DNA of 64,000 nt from an uncultured bacterium (GCA_949292245.1 CASEYV010000001.1:183313-247312); one strand, 5' to 3'; shown: positions 26,985-36,708, counted from the stretch's first letter. The notes: a model not told the origin generated them from the sequence alone. Program-made: numbers and translations.

Positions 26985-28058
26985 ATGTCTAAAAACTTGG
27001 ATAAAAAATTGTTAGCAGAAGCATTTGATGCGATTGTTAATGATAATGATGTTGCTAAAGCTACAAGACTTTTTAAACGTCATTGGGATTTGGCTGCTAA
27101 AAATAGTTACGCATTATTAGAATCTGCTGATGAAGATTTTGAAATTTCTGACATGGGTGATGATTTTAATAATGAAATTGCTGATGAAATTGGTTCTGAT
27201 TCAGAAGAAAAATTCAATCAAATTCAAATTGCTATCGATGAATTAGAAGATAAATTCCCAGCTGAAGTTACAGATGAAGTTCGTGCTAAATTTGATGATT
27301 TAAGAAACATCGTTGATGAAATGAAATTATCAGAAGAAGGCGAAGACGAAGGTTTAGCTGATGATGCTGCTGTTGCCTTAGAAGATTTAAGAGGTGAATT
27401 TGATATGGCTGGTGAAATGTCAGATGAAATCAATGATTTATTTGATGAAATTTCTTCTGGTTTACAAGGTGAAGAAGTAGCTGATGATGAAATCGATGTT
27501 GCTGATGATGAAGATGCTGAATTAGCTGATGAAGATTCAGAAGTAATTGATGAAGCTGACGAAGGTATGGAAGATTCTGACGTTGATTTAGAATTTGAAG
27601 ATTCTGATGAAGAAGCTGGTGATGAATCAATGGAAGCTGATGAAGAAGATGATGAAGATAAAGATTATGACGAAGTTCAACGTGGTGAAGACGAAGTAAT
27701 TGATGATATTAAATATTCAGCTGATGAATTAGTAGCTTTAATCGATGAATTAGAAGGCATCGAAGGCGAAGAAAAAGAAGCTGTTGAAGAATCTTGGTCA
27801 AAAATTTCTGACCCACGCAAAAAAATGACTTCTGAAGAAGAAGGTGTTAATAAAAAAGGCACAATGAACTTTGGTAAATTAAGAGGTTTATCTCTTGCAA
27901 AAGCTGGCTTAGGAACAAAAGATTCTGACTCTAAAGGAACATCAGCTGATAAAAAAGTAAAAGTTCAATCAAATGATAATAAAGGTGCTAAACAATGGCA
28001 TAAAGTTGAAAAACCTGCCAATAAACCAGCATCTGGTAAATCAATGATGGGTAACTAA
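26985..28058 (+). CDS. hyper-acidic head-module protein (prohead core/internal protein candidate)
   Basis: 357 aa, with long D/E-rich tracts through most of the protein and a basic Lys-rich C-terminus. It lies immediately upstream of the prohead protease in the same operon. Confidence 0.5.
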   Translation: MSKNLDKKLLAEAFDAIVNDNDVAKATRLFKRHWDLAAKNSYALLESADEDFEISDMGDDFNNEIADEIGSDSEEKFNQIQIAIDELEDKFPAEVTDEVRAKFDDLRNIVDEMKLSEEGEDEGLADDAAVALEDLRGEFDMAGEMSDEINDLFDEISSGLQGEEVADDEIDVADDEDAELADEDSEVIDEADEGMEDSDVDLEFEDSDEEAGDESMEADEEDDEDKDYDEVQRGEDEVIDDIKYSADELVALIDELEGIEGEEKEAVEESWSKISDPRKKMTSEEEGVNKKGTMNFGKLRGLSLAKAGLGTKDSDSKGTSADKKVKVQSNDNKGAKQWHKVEKPANKPASGKSMMGN

Positions 28059-28072
28059 TAAAGGATAGAAGA

Positions 28073-28744
28073 ATGGTAGATATATTAAATAAACCAGTTC
28101 TTCAAGAATATATCGGTCACGGTCAGTCAAAATTATTGGCTGACCCAACCGATTATGTTGATGAATATGGTAATAAAAAGAAACATTGGTATTTGAACGG
28201 TATCTTTATTCAAGGTGAGATTCAAAACCTTAATGGTCGTATCTACCCAAGAGAAGAAATTGCCAAAGCTGTTCAAGATTTATCTGAACAGATTAAATTA
28301 CATGGTGGTGTTCTTGGAGAATTAGACCACCCAGATACATTAGTTATCAATGTTCACAATGTATCTCATATGATTACAGAAATACATATGGAAGGAAATG
28401 ATGGTGTCGGTAAAATGAAAATTTTATCTAATACCCCATCTGGAAAAATTGTTGAAGGATTACTTATGGACGGAGTTCCATTAGGAGTAAGCTCTCGTGG
28501 TTCAGGTAATGTAGATGAATGGTCAAGTAGAGTTTCAGATTTTGAAATTATTACTGTTGATATTGTTGCTACACCTTCAGCACAAGATGCTAGACCTACA
28601 CCAATTTATGAAAAATTCCAAGGTGGAAAAGGTCAGCATTTATTAAATAATGCTCAAGATTATATTTTGGGCAATTCTAAGACACATGAAAAAGAATTAA
28701 ACGAAGATATAGTTTCTTGGTTTAAATCTTGGAGTTACAAATAA
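28073..28744 (+). CDS. prohead core protease, T4 gp21 family
   Basis: YLNGIFIQGEIQNLNGRIYPREEIAKAV...GELDHP...GNDGVGKMKIL...GVPLGVSSRGSGNV aligns with gp21 YIEGIFMQAEVVNRNKRLYPKRILEKAV...GELNHP...GNDVYGRARVI...GWIPGVSSRGLGSL. Confidence 0.85.
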   Translation: MVDILNKPVLQEYIGHGQSKLLADPTDYVDEYGNKKKHWYLNGIFIQGEIQNLNGRIYPREEIAKAVQDLSEQIKLHGGVLGELDHPDTLVINVHNVSHMITEIHMEGNDGVGKMKILSNTPSGKIVEGLLMDGVPLGVSSRGSGNVDEWSSRVSDFEIITVDIVATPSAQDARPTPIYEKFQGGKGQHLLNNAQDYILGNSKTHEKELNEDIVSWFKSWSYK

Positions 28745-28765
28745 GATTATTAAGGAGACCATATT

Positions 28766-30037
28766 ATGGCTACAAAATTAACAGATAGAGAATTAAATGC
28801 TAAACTTATGGAATGTTTAGGCGATAATGCTACTGCTGATATTAAAAATGCTTTTAATTCTTTGATGAAAGAAAAAGTTGCTCAAATTAGAAATGAAGTT
28901 CGTCAAGAAATTTATGAAGAAGTTTCTAAACAAGCAAAAGCCGATAAAGAAAAAATCGTTGAATCTATGAATCAAGTAACAAATAAAGTTCTTAATGAAG
29001 AAATGAAAAAAATTGATTTACATAGAAAAAATTTGATTAAAGAAAAATTAAAATTACAAGAATCACAAAAGAATTTTGATAAATTATTGGCTGATAAAAC
29101 AGCTTTGATTCAAGAAGATTTCAATAAAAAATTAGATAATGCTATGAAATCTATTAATGAACAATATGAATCTAAAAAAGCTGATTTCATTGAAAAAGCA
29201 TCTAAATTTATTAATGAAGCAGTTAAAAAAGAAGTTGTTGAATTAAGAAATGATAAAAAACAACTTTCAGAATCTTTAAATAAATTTGGTAAATTTATTT
29301 CTGCACAAGTAGCTGAACAAACAAGAGCAAATAGAGAAGAAATGAAATCTTTAGATGCTTTAAGAGTTCGTTTAGTTAAAGAAAGTGCTGAAAAATTAGC
29401 AAATTCTAAGAAAAAATTCTTTGCTGAAGCTGCTGATAAAATGGAAAAATTCATCAATGCTTCTGTATCAAGAGAATTAAATGAATTCAGAAAAGATATT
29501 GCTGAATCTCGTAAAAAATCTTTTGGTTCTAAAATTTATGAAGCATTTGCTCGTGAATTTGCTGTTAAATTCTTCAATGAAAATAAAGTTGTTAATGGCT
29601 TATTAGAATCAGTTAAAGCAAATCAAAATAAATTATTACATTCAAACAAAGTATTAGAAGAAAAAGCTAATAAAGTTATGAATGAAAATAAACAATTAAA
29701 ACTTGTTAATAACAAATTGACAAGAGAAAAAATCATTTCTGAATCTATTGCTCATTTGGCAAAAGATAAACAAGACATGATTAAAAATTTAGTTAAAGAA
29801 GTGCCAACAGAAAAATTAAACGAATCTATTCAAAAATACATTCCGATGATTTTAAGCAATTCTTCAACAAAAACAATAAATAAAAATGAGAGAGTGTTAA
29901 AAGAAAATAGAAAACCTATTTATTTAACAGGTGAGAATAAAAATAAAAAGGTTGCAATGGACTTAAATGATGAAATGGGCGGTCTTGATGTTGACGCAGA
30001 AATTTCTAAAGTTATTGCGAACAGTAAGTTCAATTAA
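28766..30037 (+). CDS. prohead scaffolding protein (T4 gp22 analogue)
   Basis: 423-aa K/E-rich, predicted all-coiled-coil protein between the protease and capsid genes. It has a strong AAGGAG SD. Confidence 0.7.
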   Translation: MATKLTDRELNAKLMECLGDNATADIKNAFNSLMKEKVAQIRNEVRQEIYEEVSKQAKADKEKIVESMNQVTNKVLNEEMKKIDLHRKNLIKEKLKLQESQKNFDKLLADKTALIQEDFNKKLDNAMKSINEQYESKKADFIEKASKFINEAVKKEVVELRNDKKQLSESLNKFGKFISAQVAEQTRANREEMKSLDALRVRLVKESAEKLANSKKKFFAEAADKMEKFINASVSRELNEFRKDIAESRKKSFGSKIYEAFAREFAVKFFNENKVVNGLLESVKANQNKLLHSNKVLEEKANKVMNENKQLKLVNNKLTREKIISESIAHLAKDKQDMIKNLVKEVPTEKLNESIQKYIPMILSNSSTKTINKNERVLKENRKPIYLTGENKNKKVAMDLNDEMGGLDVDAEISKVIANSKFN

Positions 30038-30066
30038 TAAGAGAAAAATAAAATAGGAGAAAATTA

Positions 30067-31254
30067 ATGGGAAACCTTTTATTAGAAAATGCGGTTGCTT
30101 GGAATAAATTGAAAAAAGGTATGGTATCTGATATTAAATCAGCTACTCGTAGAGCAATCACTGAAACAGTTTTAGAAAACTCTCGTAGAGAAATCTTGAG
30201 AGAACACGCAACAACAGGTGCTACAAATGCTGCTAACGTTGCTATTATCAACAAAGTTATGATGCCTTTAATTAAACGTGTTATGCCTACTGTTATGGCT
30301 CACGAATTAGTTGGTGTTCAACCTTTAACAGGTCCTTCTGGTTTAATCACAACTATGAGAATTAGATATGCAACTACTTCTCCTGTTGATGGTAAAGGTA
30401 TTATCGCTGGTCAAGAAGCTATGTCTCCATTCTTAGTAGGTGCTTGGTATTCTGGTAACGAAGATATGGAAAATCCAGGTGCTGCTGATACAGCTATCTT
30501 AGAAGGTACTGGTGGTAACGATATTTCTATCGAATTCGTAAAAGAAGATGTTAAAGCTGGCTCAAGAAAATTGAAAGCTAGATTTACATTAGAATCTATG
30601 CAAGATGCTGAATCTCAATACGGTGCTAATGTTGAACAAGAATTAACTTCTGCTTTAGCTCAACAAATCGTATTAGATATCGACCAAGAAATCTTGGCTA
30701 GATTAAGAAGTATTGCTGGTTTATCAGTAGCTACTTACGACCAAAACAAAATCTCTGGTGTTGCTACATCAGTTGTTGACGAACATGCTGCATTAGCAGT
30801 TATGATTAACAGATATTCAAATGAAATTGCAAGAAAAATCAGAAAAGCATCTGCTAACTGGTCTGTAGTTTCTCACACAGTATTATCTGTATTACAATCT
30901 GCAACAGCTTCTCAATTCGTAAGAACAACAGAAGGTGCTTTCGAAGCTCCAACTAACAACAAATTCGTTGGTACTTTAAACAACACATTAAAAGTTTATG
31001 TTAATACATATGCTACAGATGATGATATCTTAATTGGTTATAAAGGTTCAGATGAAATCGATGCTGCTGCATACTATTGTCCTTATATCCCAGTTATGTC
31101 ATCTGGTACAATCTTAGACCCTAACACATTTGAACACGTTATGGCTTTATCAACTCGTTATGGCTTCTTCGCTTTAACAAATCCTGCTAACTCATTAGGC
31201 AATGCTGGTGACTACTTAGCAAGAATTAAAGTTGCTAACTTACGTTTCATCTAA
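30067..31254 (+). CDS. major capsid protein, T4 gp23 family (short form without a large insertion)
   Basis: KVMMPLIKRVMPTVMAHELVGVQPLTGPSGLITTMRIRY aligns with gp23 TSLPLMRRVYPNLIAHDIVSVQPMSGPTGQVFALRAVY. It shows high-expression codon usage, and a strong terminator follows. Confidence 0.85.
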   Translation: MGNLLLENAVAWNKLKKGMVSDIKSATRRAITETVLENSRREILREHATTGATNAANVAIINKVMMPLIKRVMPTVMAHELVGVQPLTGPSGLITTMRIRYATTSPVDGKGIIAGQEAMSPFLVGAWYSGNEDMENPGAADTAILEGTGGNDISIEFVKEDVKAGSRKLKARFTLESMQDAESQYGANVEQELTSALAQQIVLDIDQEILARLRSIAGLSVATYDQNKISGVATSVVDEHAALAVMINRYSNEIARKIRKASANWSVVSHTVLSVLQSATASQFVRTTEGAFEAPTNNKFVGTLNNTLKVYVNTYATDDDILIGYKGSDEIDAAAYYCPYIPVMSSGTILDPNTFEHVMALSTRYGFFALTNPANSLGNAGDYLARIKVANLRFI

Positions 31255-31273
31255 TTGTTAGATTTAGTTATTG

Positions 31274-31302
31274 AAAAGAGTGGTTTTTAACCACTCTTTT
31301 TT
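31274..31302 (+). terminator. rho-independent terminator after the capsid gene
   Basis: aaaagagtgg-tttttaa-ccactctttt followed by tt. Confidence 0.85.
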
Positions 31303-31358
31303 ATTATATAATACCTTTATCAATAAATATATTATATGATAATAATAAGGAATTGTCA

Positions 31359-32939
31359 ATGAAAATTTATAAATTATTAAACCCATATAAATTGTTATGT
31401 GAAGCTGAACAATTAGATGAAGCATTATCTACCGATTTTAAAATTGGTTTTGAAATGGAAGGTGTTTGTACAAGAGAAGGATTTAATTCTTATATGTTAC
31501 CTGGATATCACTCTCAATCACAACCATCTGGTGTTGTAGCAGAATTATTTGATGATATTAATGAAACATTAGGTTTTGGTAAAGGTAAAATTGAAAGAGA
31601 TGGTTCATTGCGTGCATCACCAGAAAAAGGTGGTTGGACATTTGAATATGGTTCTCCAATTATTGATTTTAATCCAACTAATATAAATAAAATTTATCAT
31701 TTCTTAAAAAAAGTTCCAGAATTACAAATTTACACAAATGAAACTTGTAGTTTTCATACGCATATGTCTTTTAAAGATTTAGATAAAATAAATGGTGCTT
31801 GGGTTATGTGTTGTTTGGCTATTGATGAAGAAATGCAAGAAACATTAAGACATTTAAAAACAAAAAATTCAAATATTGATTTCTTTCACGGAGAATGGGC
31901 TAGAACATATCTATTCGATAATATTAAAGAATATTTAATTAATCATGAATATAAACAAATATCAAGATTATTAGATTCAACTGATAAGTATAATTTAGTT
32001 CGTGTTCACCCCGCTGGAACTCTTGAATGGAGAGGTCCAAGAAACTTTTTAAATGATTCTGATATTGAAGCAATTCATGGATATATTTTAAAATTATATA
32101 AAGTAATTGTTAAATTATCACAAATTGTTAATGCTCAAACTTATTCTGGCAGTGGTATTACAATTAATAGAAAAGAGATTGAATCACAAGTATCAATTAC
32201 TAGAGATTTTAAATCTCCAGCACAAAATAAAAAAGATGCAAAAATAAATAGTTTATCTACAGCTATACAAAAAAATCCTTTAATTTTAACAAAAATAAGT
32301 AATGATAAATTTAAAGATTTTTTTGACAAATATCCAAATAAAATAGCAGAATATTTTTGGTATGATGCTGATGATAGAGATGGAAAACCAAAAATAATAT
32401 TAGGTTTGAATAATTATAAAATAAATTTTATAATAAATGAAATTTATAAAGGTGGTAATTTGACCACTGTATTAAAATTATATAATTTATTGGATATTAA
32501 TTTAAATGATAAATTAAATGATGATACGAAAAAAAATGTTATTAATTCTTTATTAAAGAGTTTATTTCAAAATCAATATAGTGGAAATGTATTTAAACAA
32601 TTATTTAAAGATTATGAAGTAATGGATAATAAATATCTTCCATATATATATGAATTTATTAATGATAAAGATATTTCCGAATCTCTTATAAGATTTATAA
32701 AACAATTACAAGAAAATTTTGATTTCAAAGTTCCTATGGATTTTTGGAAGAAATTATTAAATAGTAATAAATTTTATTATATTTCTCGATTTAATGAAAT
32801 ACCTACAAAAGTTCAAAGAATGATGGTTAGAAGAAGTCCATATATGGTTCAATATATTAATAATCTTGACCCTCAAATTTTAAATTCTTTAAAACAAAAA
32901 TATCCAAATATTGAAGATTATACATTAGGAGTATTATAA
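31359..32939 (+). CDS. amidoligase-like protein (glutamine-synthetase-fold Amidoligase_2 pattern) with a long helical C-terminal extension
   Basis: GFEMEGVC...ERDGSLRAS...TFEYGSPII...NETCSFHTHMSF matches the remembered family pattern G.E.E...DGS...E..sP...sCG.HvH. An ATG at 31359 with an AAGGAA RBS is preferred over the TTG at 31353. Confidence 0.55.
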   Translation: MKIYKLLNPYKLLCEAEQLDEALSTDFKIGFEMEGVCTREGFNSYMLPGYHSQSQPSGVVAELFDDINETLGFGKGKIERDGSLRASPEKGGWTFEYGSPIIDFNPTNINKIYHFLKKVPELQIYTNETCSFHTHMSFKDLDKINGAWVMCCLAIDEEMQETLRHLKTKNSNIDFFHGEWARTYLFDNIKEYLINHEYKQISRLLDSTDKYNLVRVHPAGTLEWRGPRNFLNDSDIEAIHGYILKLYKVIVKLSQIVNAQTYSGSGITINRKEIESQVSITRDFKSPAQNKKDAKINSLSTAIQKNPLILTKISNDKFKDFFDKYPNKIAEYFWYDADDRDGKPKIILGLNNYKINFIINEIYKGGNLTTVLKLYNLLDINLNDKLNDDTKKNVINSLLKSLFQNQYSGNVFKQLFKDYEVMDNKYLPYIYEFINDKDISESLIRFIKQLQENFDFKVPMDFWKKLLNSNKFYYISRFNEIPTKVQRMMVRRSPYMVQYINNLDPQILNSLKQKYPNIEDYTLGVL

Positions 32940-33850
32940 TGATTAAATTATTTGAAGATTTAAAAAATTTAAATATGATTGACCGTTCATTTTTTATGGA
33001 TGGCGGTAGAATGGAAAAATTAAAACAAATAACAATGACTCCTAATAGTAGAATAGAGGTGTCAAAAATTCTTCCACATAAATTTACAACTGTAATGGAA
33101 AAACTTTCAGAAGATGATGTTGCTGCTATAGTTATACGAGCTCATAAACGTCAATTATTATTTGTTACCAAAGATGAAAGAATTGGTAGAGTTATGAATG
33201 GGTATTATAATTATAATTATTATGTTGTAATGTCTGATTATGCCTATACTAATTGTAATTCTCATGATTATAGAAAACAAACATCTTATAATACAGAAGC
33301 ACCAGCTAAAACTCAAATAAGTAGAACTGTAAAAGATTTTTATGAAAGAGTTGCTCCTGAAGGAACAAAAAAAAGTTGGGATGCATTAATTATATATAGA
33401 GATGAACAAGTAGATGATTTAAGACAAAAACGTGCGGAAATGAATAAAAATAGAGTTTATGTTCCATCTGATGGTCGTAAATATAGTGATTTTATTGATA
33501 ATCTTGAAAGTGCATTTCAAGAAAGAGCTGTTAAATATATTGATGCTCATCGTCCTAATATTCAAAATGCAGAAGAATTAAAACAATTAATGATGAAAGT
33601 TTCTAAATTAGATAAAATTAAATATAAAGGTAATATATATACATATACTGATAGTCGTGTATCTTTAACTAATAGAGGTACATCTTATATTCAATATGTA
33701 GCAACTAATGATGATAGAGGAAGAGTAAATCCACAAGTTATTTATGTAATACTTACATTTAAAGGTATAATGCCACAAATTGTTGATGTTAGAGCATCAG
33801 AATATAGATATACAAGTTATGATAGTTCTGATGTTCAAAGTATAGAATAA
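32939..33850 (+). CDS. hypothetical protein translationally coupled (ATGA overlap) to the amidoligase-like gene
   Basis: 303-aa ORF whose start overlaps the preceding stop. No family recognised. Confidence 0.5.
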   Translation: MIKLFEDLKNLNMIDRSFFMDGGRMEKLKQITMTPNSRIEVSKILPHKFTTVMEKLSEDDVAAIVIRAHKRQLLFVTKDERIGRVMNGYYNYNYYVVMSDYAYTNCNSHDYRKQTSYNTEAPAKTQISRTVKDFYERVAPEGTKKSWDALIIYRDEQVDDLRQKRAEMNKNRVYVPSDGRKYSDFIDNLESAFQERAVKYIDAHRPNIQNAEELKQLMMKVSKLDKIKYKGNIYTYTDSRVSLTNRGTSYIQYVATNDDRGRVNPQVIYVILTFKGIMPQIVDVRASEYRYTSYDSSDVQSIE

Positions 33851-33852
33851 AA

Positions 33853-33880
33853 AATTGGGAGATTATTTAATCTCCCAATT
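33853..33880. terminator. bidirectional hairpin terminator
   Basis: aattgggagatt-attt-aatctcccaatt. It overlaps the last codons of the HNH gene. Confidence 0.7.
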
Positions 33881-34433
33881 CTTCTTCCCAATAAGATTCG
33901 TTTAACCAATCTTCATATTTTGTTGGTTTATAATGAGATGATATTCTTTCTAAATGACCCATTGTAGGTATAAAAGGTTTATGTATTAAATTCATATGCG
34001 ATTCTTCTAATGTTTTACCACCCTTTCTACCGTTACATTCTCTACAAGCTGTTACAATATTTTCCCAAGTAGTAGTTCCACCTTTACAACGTGGTATAAC
34101 ATGGTCAAAAGTTAAATCTTCTGCTTTAAATTTTTTACCACAATATTGGCATGTGTAATCATCTCTTAAATAAACATTTTTACGGGAAAATTTTGGTTTA
34201 TGAGAAACATTAACATATTTTTTTAATACAACAACTTTTGGTAATTTCATTTCTTTATTTTGAACAGTAATTGTATCATCGTATTCTTTAACAACAGAAA
34301 TACGACCTTTTAATAAAGATTTTAAAACTTTTTTCATACTGTTTAAAGATAAAGGGTATTTACTTAATGGTTGATAATCACCGTTTAAAATAAGAACTGG
34401 TTTACCCATAATGTTTTTTGTTTTTATTTTCAT
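33867..34433 (-). CDS. HNH endonuclease
   Basis: CQYCGKKF...LTFDHVIPRCKGGTTTWENIVTACRECNGRKG is a classic HNH/McrA-type motif. The listed start at 34472 lies inside a terminator hairpin, so an internal Met (34433 or 34409) is more likely. Confidence 0.85.
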   Translation of the reverse strand: MKIKTKNIMGKPVLILNGDYQPLSKYPLSLNSMKKVLKSLLKGRISVVKEYDDTITVQNKEMKLPKVVVLKKYVNVSHKPKFSRKNVYLRDDYTCQYCGKKFKAEDLTFDHVIPRCKGGTTTWENIVTACRECNGRKGGKTLEESHMNLIHKPFIPTMGHLERISSHYKPTKYEDWLNESYWEEELGD

Positions 34434-34454
34434 AATTTTATACCATATAAAAAT

Positions 34455-34480
34455 TAACCTCATTGTTTTCAATGAGGTTA
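34455..34480 (-). terminator. rho-independent terminator for the 34513..35049 gene
   Basis: taacctcattg-tttt-caatgaggtta, followed by a T-rich tract on the minus strand. Confidence 0.7.
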
Positions 34481-34512
34481 TAATAAATTATTTTAATTTA
34501 ATTGTCAAGAAT

Positions 34513-35049
34513 TTATTTTTCACATTTTTGTAAACAAGCATCATATACTTTTTTATCATCTTTTACTGTTTCACAATCTTGGCAAGAAAATTTTTCTTTA
34601 GTATTATTGATAATTGTTACTCTATCATTAGACATACTATAACCTAACAAAAACCACAAAGGAGCATTACTTGAAGAAGATTCAGTAACAATATTAGATG
34701 ATGTATTAGAAGTGGTAGAAGCAGTAGAAGTAGATTTGTTCAATGATTTATCTGATACTTTACTTACAGTTTTAGATTTAGTTTTTTCAATAGCTTTTGT
34801 TTTATTTGCCATTGATGATGCTTTTATTGATTTAAGTTTATTACTATTTACTGATGGTTTATTTGCAATAGCTTTTTGTGAACGAGTTCTTGTTGTATTT
34901 GATACAGAACGAACTCTATTTGGTCTTGAATAACTATAGCTTCTAAAGCCAGAACTTCTGAATCCACCAACACGACCAACACGACCATAAGAATCAAATG
35001 CCGTAAACATAATCAAAAGCATGGCAACGATAGATATAATTTTTTTCAT
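34513..35049 (-). CDS. secreted/membrane-anchored basic Ser/Thr/Asn-rich protein with a Cys-rich C-terminus
   Basis: N-terminal signal-like MKKIISIVAMLLIMFTAFDSYG, a low-complexity basic middle, a hydrophobic APLWFLLGYSM segment, and a C-terminal CQDC...C...C. Confidence 0.5.
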   Translation of the reverse strand: MKKIISIVAMLLIMFTAFDSYGRVGRVGGFRSSGFRSYSYSRPNRVRSVSNTTRTRSQKAIANKPSVNSNKLKSIKASSMANKTKAIEKTKSKTVSKVSDKSLNKSTSTASTTSNTSSNIVTESSSSNAPLWFLLGYSMSNDRVTIINNTKEKFSCQDCETVKDDKKVYDACLQKCEK

Positions 35050-35124
35050 ATTTAATCTCCAAAATATATTATTAACAAAACTATATTTGTTATACCATAT
35101 ATTTTTGGATTGTCAATGATAAAA

Positions 35125-36303
35125 TTATATTCCTGTTGGAACATCCATATCTGGACAAATTTTTGATATATCTTTCCAAGGACGAGGATTTTTATGTTCT
35201 TTTTTAACTCTAGCTTTAACTAAATCTTTGATATTTTGTCTTTGTTTAATTTCTTTACCATCATCTAATATAATTGTCTTATCATTATTAATATGACTTC
35301 TTAAAATTGCTGGAACACCTGTCCATTGTTCTCTATTATCAAATTCTGTCAACTGCCATCTTCCTTCATTTGTTTCTTTACTAACAATTCTTTTAAATAA
35401 TCTTGGAGGATTATAATCTACACGCAAGAAATAATCACCATCTTTTGGATTTTCAGGAAAAAATTCTCCAAATTCAATATTTGCACATTCTAATTGATTT
35501 GGAATACCGTCAATGCCTTGTGGTATGAATCTATTTTCAACATATAATTGATTATTTTCATCAAGATAAACATGATGTTCATCATGTAATCTATATGAAG
35601 GACCGTTTAATTCGGCTTCTTCTAAAACTTTATCCATTATTTCCAATTCATTTGATGATGTTGTGTTATCTGGGTCTAAACCACCACCACCGTTTCCAGA
35701 ATTAACATCTTCATAGAAATCATTTTCTTTACCATCGTTAAATAAATCAGAAAATTCAGGAGCATTTGTTATAGGTTTACATTTAACTTTCCATAAATGG
35801 TATTTGTAATTTGCTGCCCAACCTTTTTCATCTCTTTCTGATGAAGTTACATGATAGAATTTATTAGCCCCTGTTTCAAGACCTAAAATATCTAAATCTC
35901 TTAACCAAGACCATTCTATAACATCACCAATCATTATTTTTCTTCCTAATTGAGCTACCATTGAATTATAATGAAAAGATATTTCTTTTTCATCACCATC
36001 TAATAATGATAAGCCGGAAAATGAAAATGAAAATTGAGGAGTGTTCATTGTTGTTACACCCCATAAATCAAATGTTTCACGAGAATATTTTCTTTTTGGG
36101 TTTTCATTAAATACAGGGTCGGAAACTAAAAAGCCTTTTTCTCCAATTTTATGTGATTGACCATTAGAATCTACAATCGCTGTCATTGGATATATATGAA
36201 ATAAAGCACCGCCTTGTTCCATATAGCTTTTTACAACTCTATCTATATAATTATAATTTTGACTTCTTTCTTTCTGATATAAATGATAATTGTTTGTTCC
36301 CAT
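35125..36303 (-). CDS. hypothetical protein (possible virion protein)
   Basis: 392-aa ORF with an AATAAATA motif 24 nt upstream. No family recognised. Confidence 0.45.
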   Translation of the reverse strand: MGTNNYHLYQKERSQNYNYIDRVVKSYMEQGGALFHIYPMTAIVDSNGQSHKIGEKGFLVSDPVFNENPKRKYSRETFDLWGVTTMNTPQFSFSFSGLSLLDGDEKEISFHYNSMVAQLGRKIMIGDVIEWSWLRDLDILGLETGANKFYHVTSSERDEKGWAANYKYHLWKVKCKPITNAPEFSDLFNDGKENDFYEDVNSGNGGGGLDPDNTTSSNELEIMDKVLEEAELNGPSYRLHDEHHVYLDENNQLYVENRFIPQGIDGIPNQLECANIEFGEFFPENPKDGDYFLRVDYNPPRLFKRIVSKETNEGRWQLTEFDNREQWTGVPAILRSHINNDKTIILDDGKEIKQRQNIKDLVKARVKKEHKNPRPWKDISKICPDMDVPTGI

Positions 36304-36326
36304 TTTAATTCCTTAATATATAATAA

Positions 36327-36334
36327 TATTTATT
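36327..36334 (-). promoter_or_regulatory. late promoter variant AATAAATA
   Basis: Lies 24 nt upstream of the ATG at 36303 on the minus strand. Confidence 0.35.
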
Positions 36335-36343
36335 ACTTTAATT

Positions 36344-36372
36344 TTGACATTTTGTTTGATAATTGATAATAT
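36344..36372 (+). promoter_or_regulatory. sigma70-like promoter TTGACA-17-TAATAT
   Basis: Exact TTGACA with a 17-nt spacer, about 45 nt upstream of the ATG at 36418 at the head of the plus-strand early-type block. Confidence 0.45.
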
Positions 36373-36417
36373 TGGTATAAATTAAGAATAAATAAAAGAA
36401 CTTAAAGGATAATTATT

Positions 36418-36699
36418 ATGAATAATGATTCATTAAAAAAATTGTTTGTCGTGATAAGTGAATTTCACGGAGATTTTGATAGCTTTTCTATTTTAGGTAT
36501 TTATGATGACGAAGAAAAAGCCAAACAAGTTACAAAAGAAATATATTTAAAAGAATTAGGAAAAAGATGCAATATTAGAATATCTTCTTATGATAAAGAA
36601 ATAAATGAAGGTATTTTTTATGATGAAGATAATGATATGCACTTATTTAAATATCAAATTCATTATCTTAATACAGATAACGAATCGCTTTTAAATTAA
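36418..36699 (+). CDS. hypothetical small early-type protein
   Basis: 93-aa ORF with an AAAGGA RBS. Confidence 0.5.
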   Translation: MNNDSLKKLFVVISEFHGDFDSFSILGIYDDEEKAKQVTKEIYLKELGKRCNIRISSYDKEINEGIFYDEDNDMHLFKYQIHYLNTDNESLLN

Positions 36700-36708
36700 A
36701 GGAATTAT

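Noticed and set aside
34433-34472. Longer N-terminal extensions from TTG/GTG or upstream Met starts given in the ORF track: 34472, 39525, 43668, 38613, 31353, 51060, 54149, 59197 and 62814.
   Set aside because: In each case a downstream ATG has a proper AGGA/GGAG-type RBS. The extension either lies inside a terminator hairpin or lacks any RBS.
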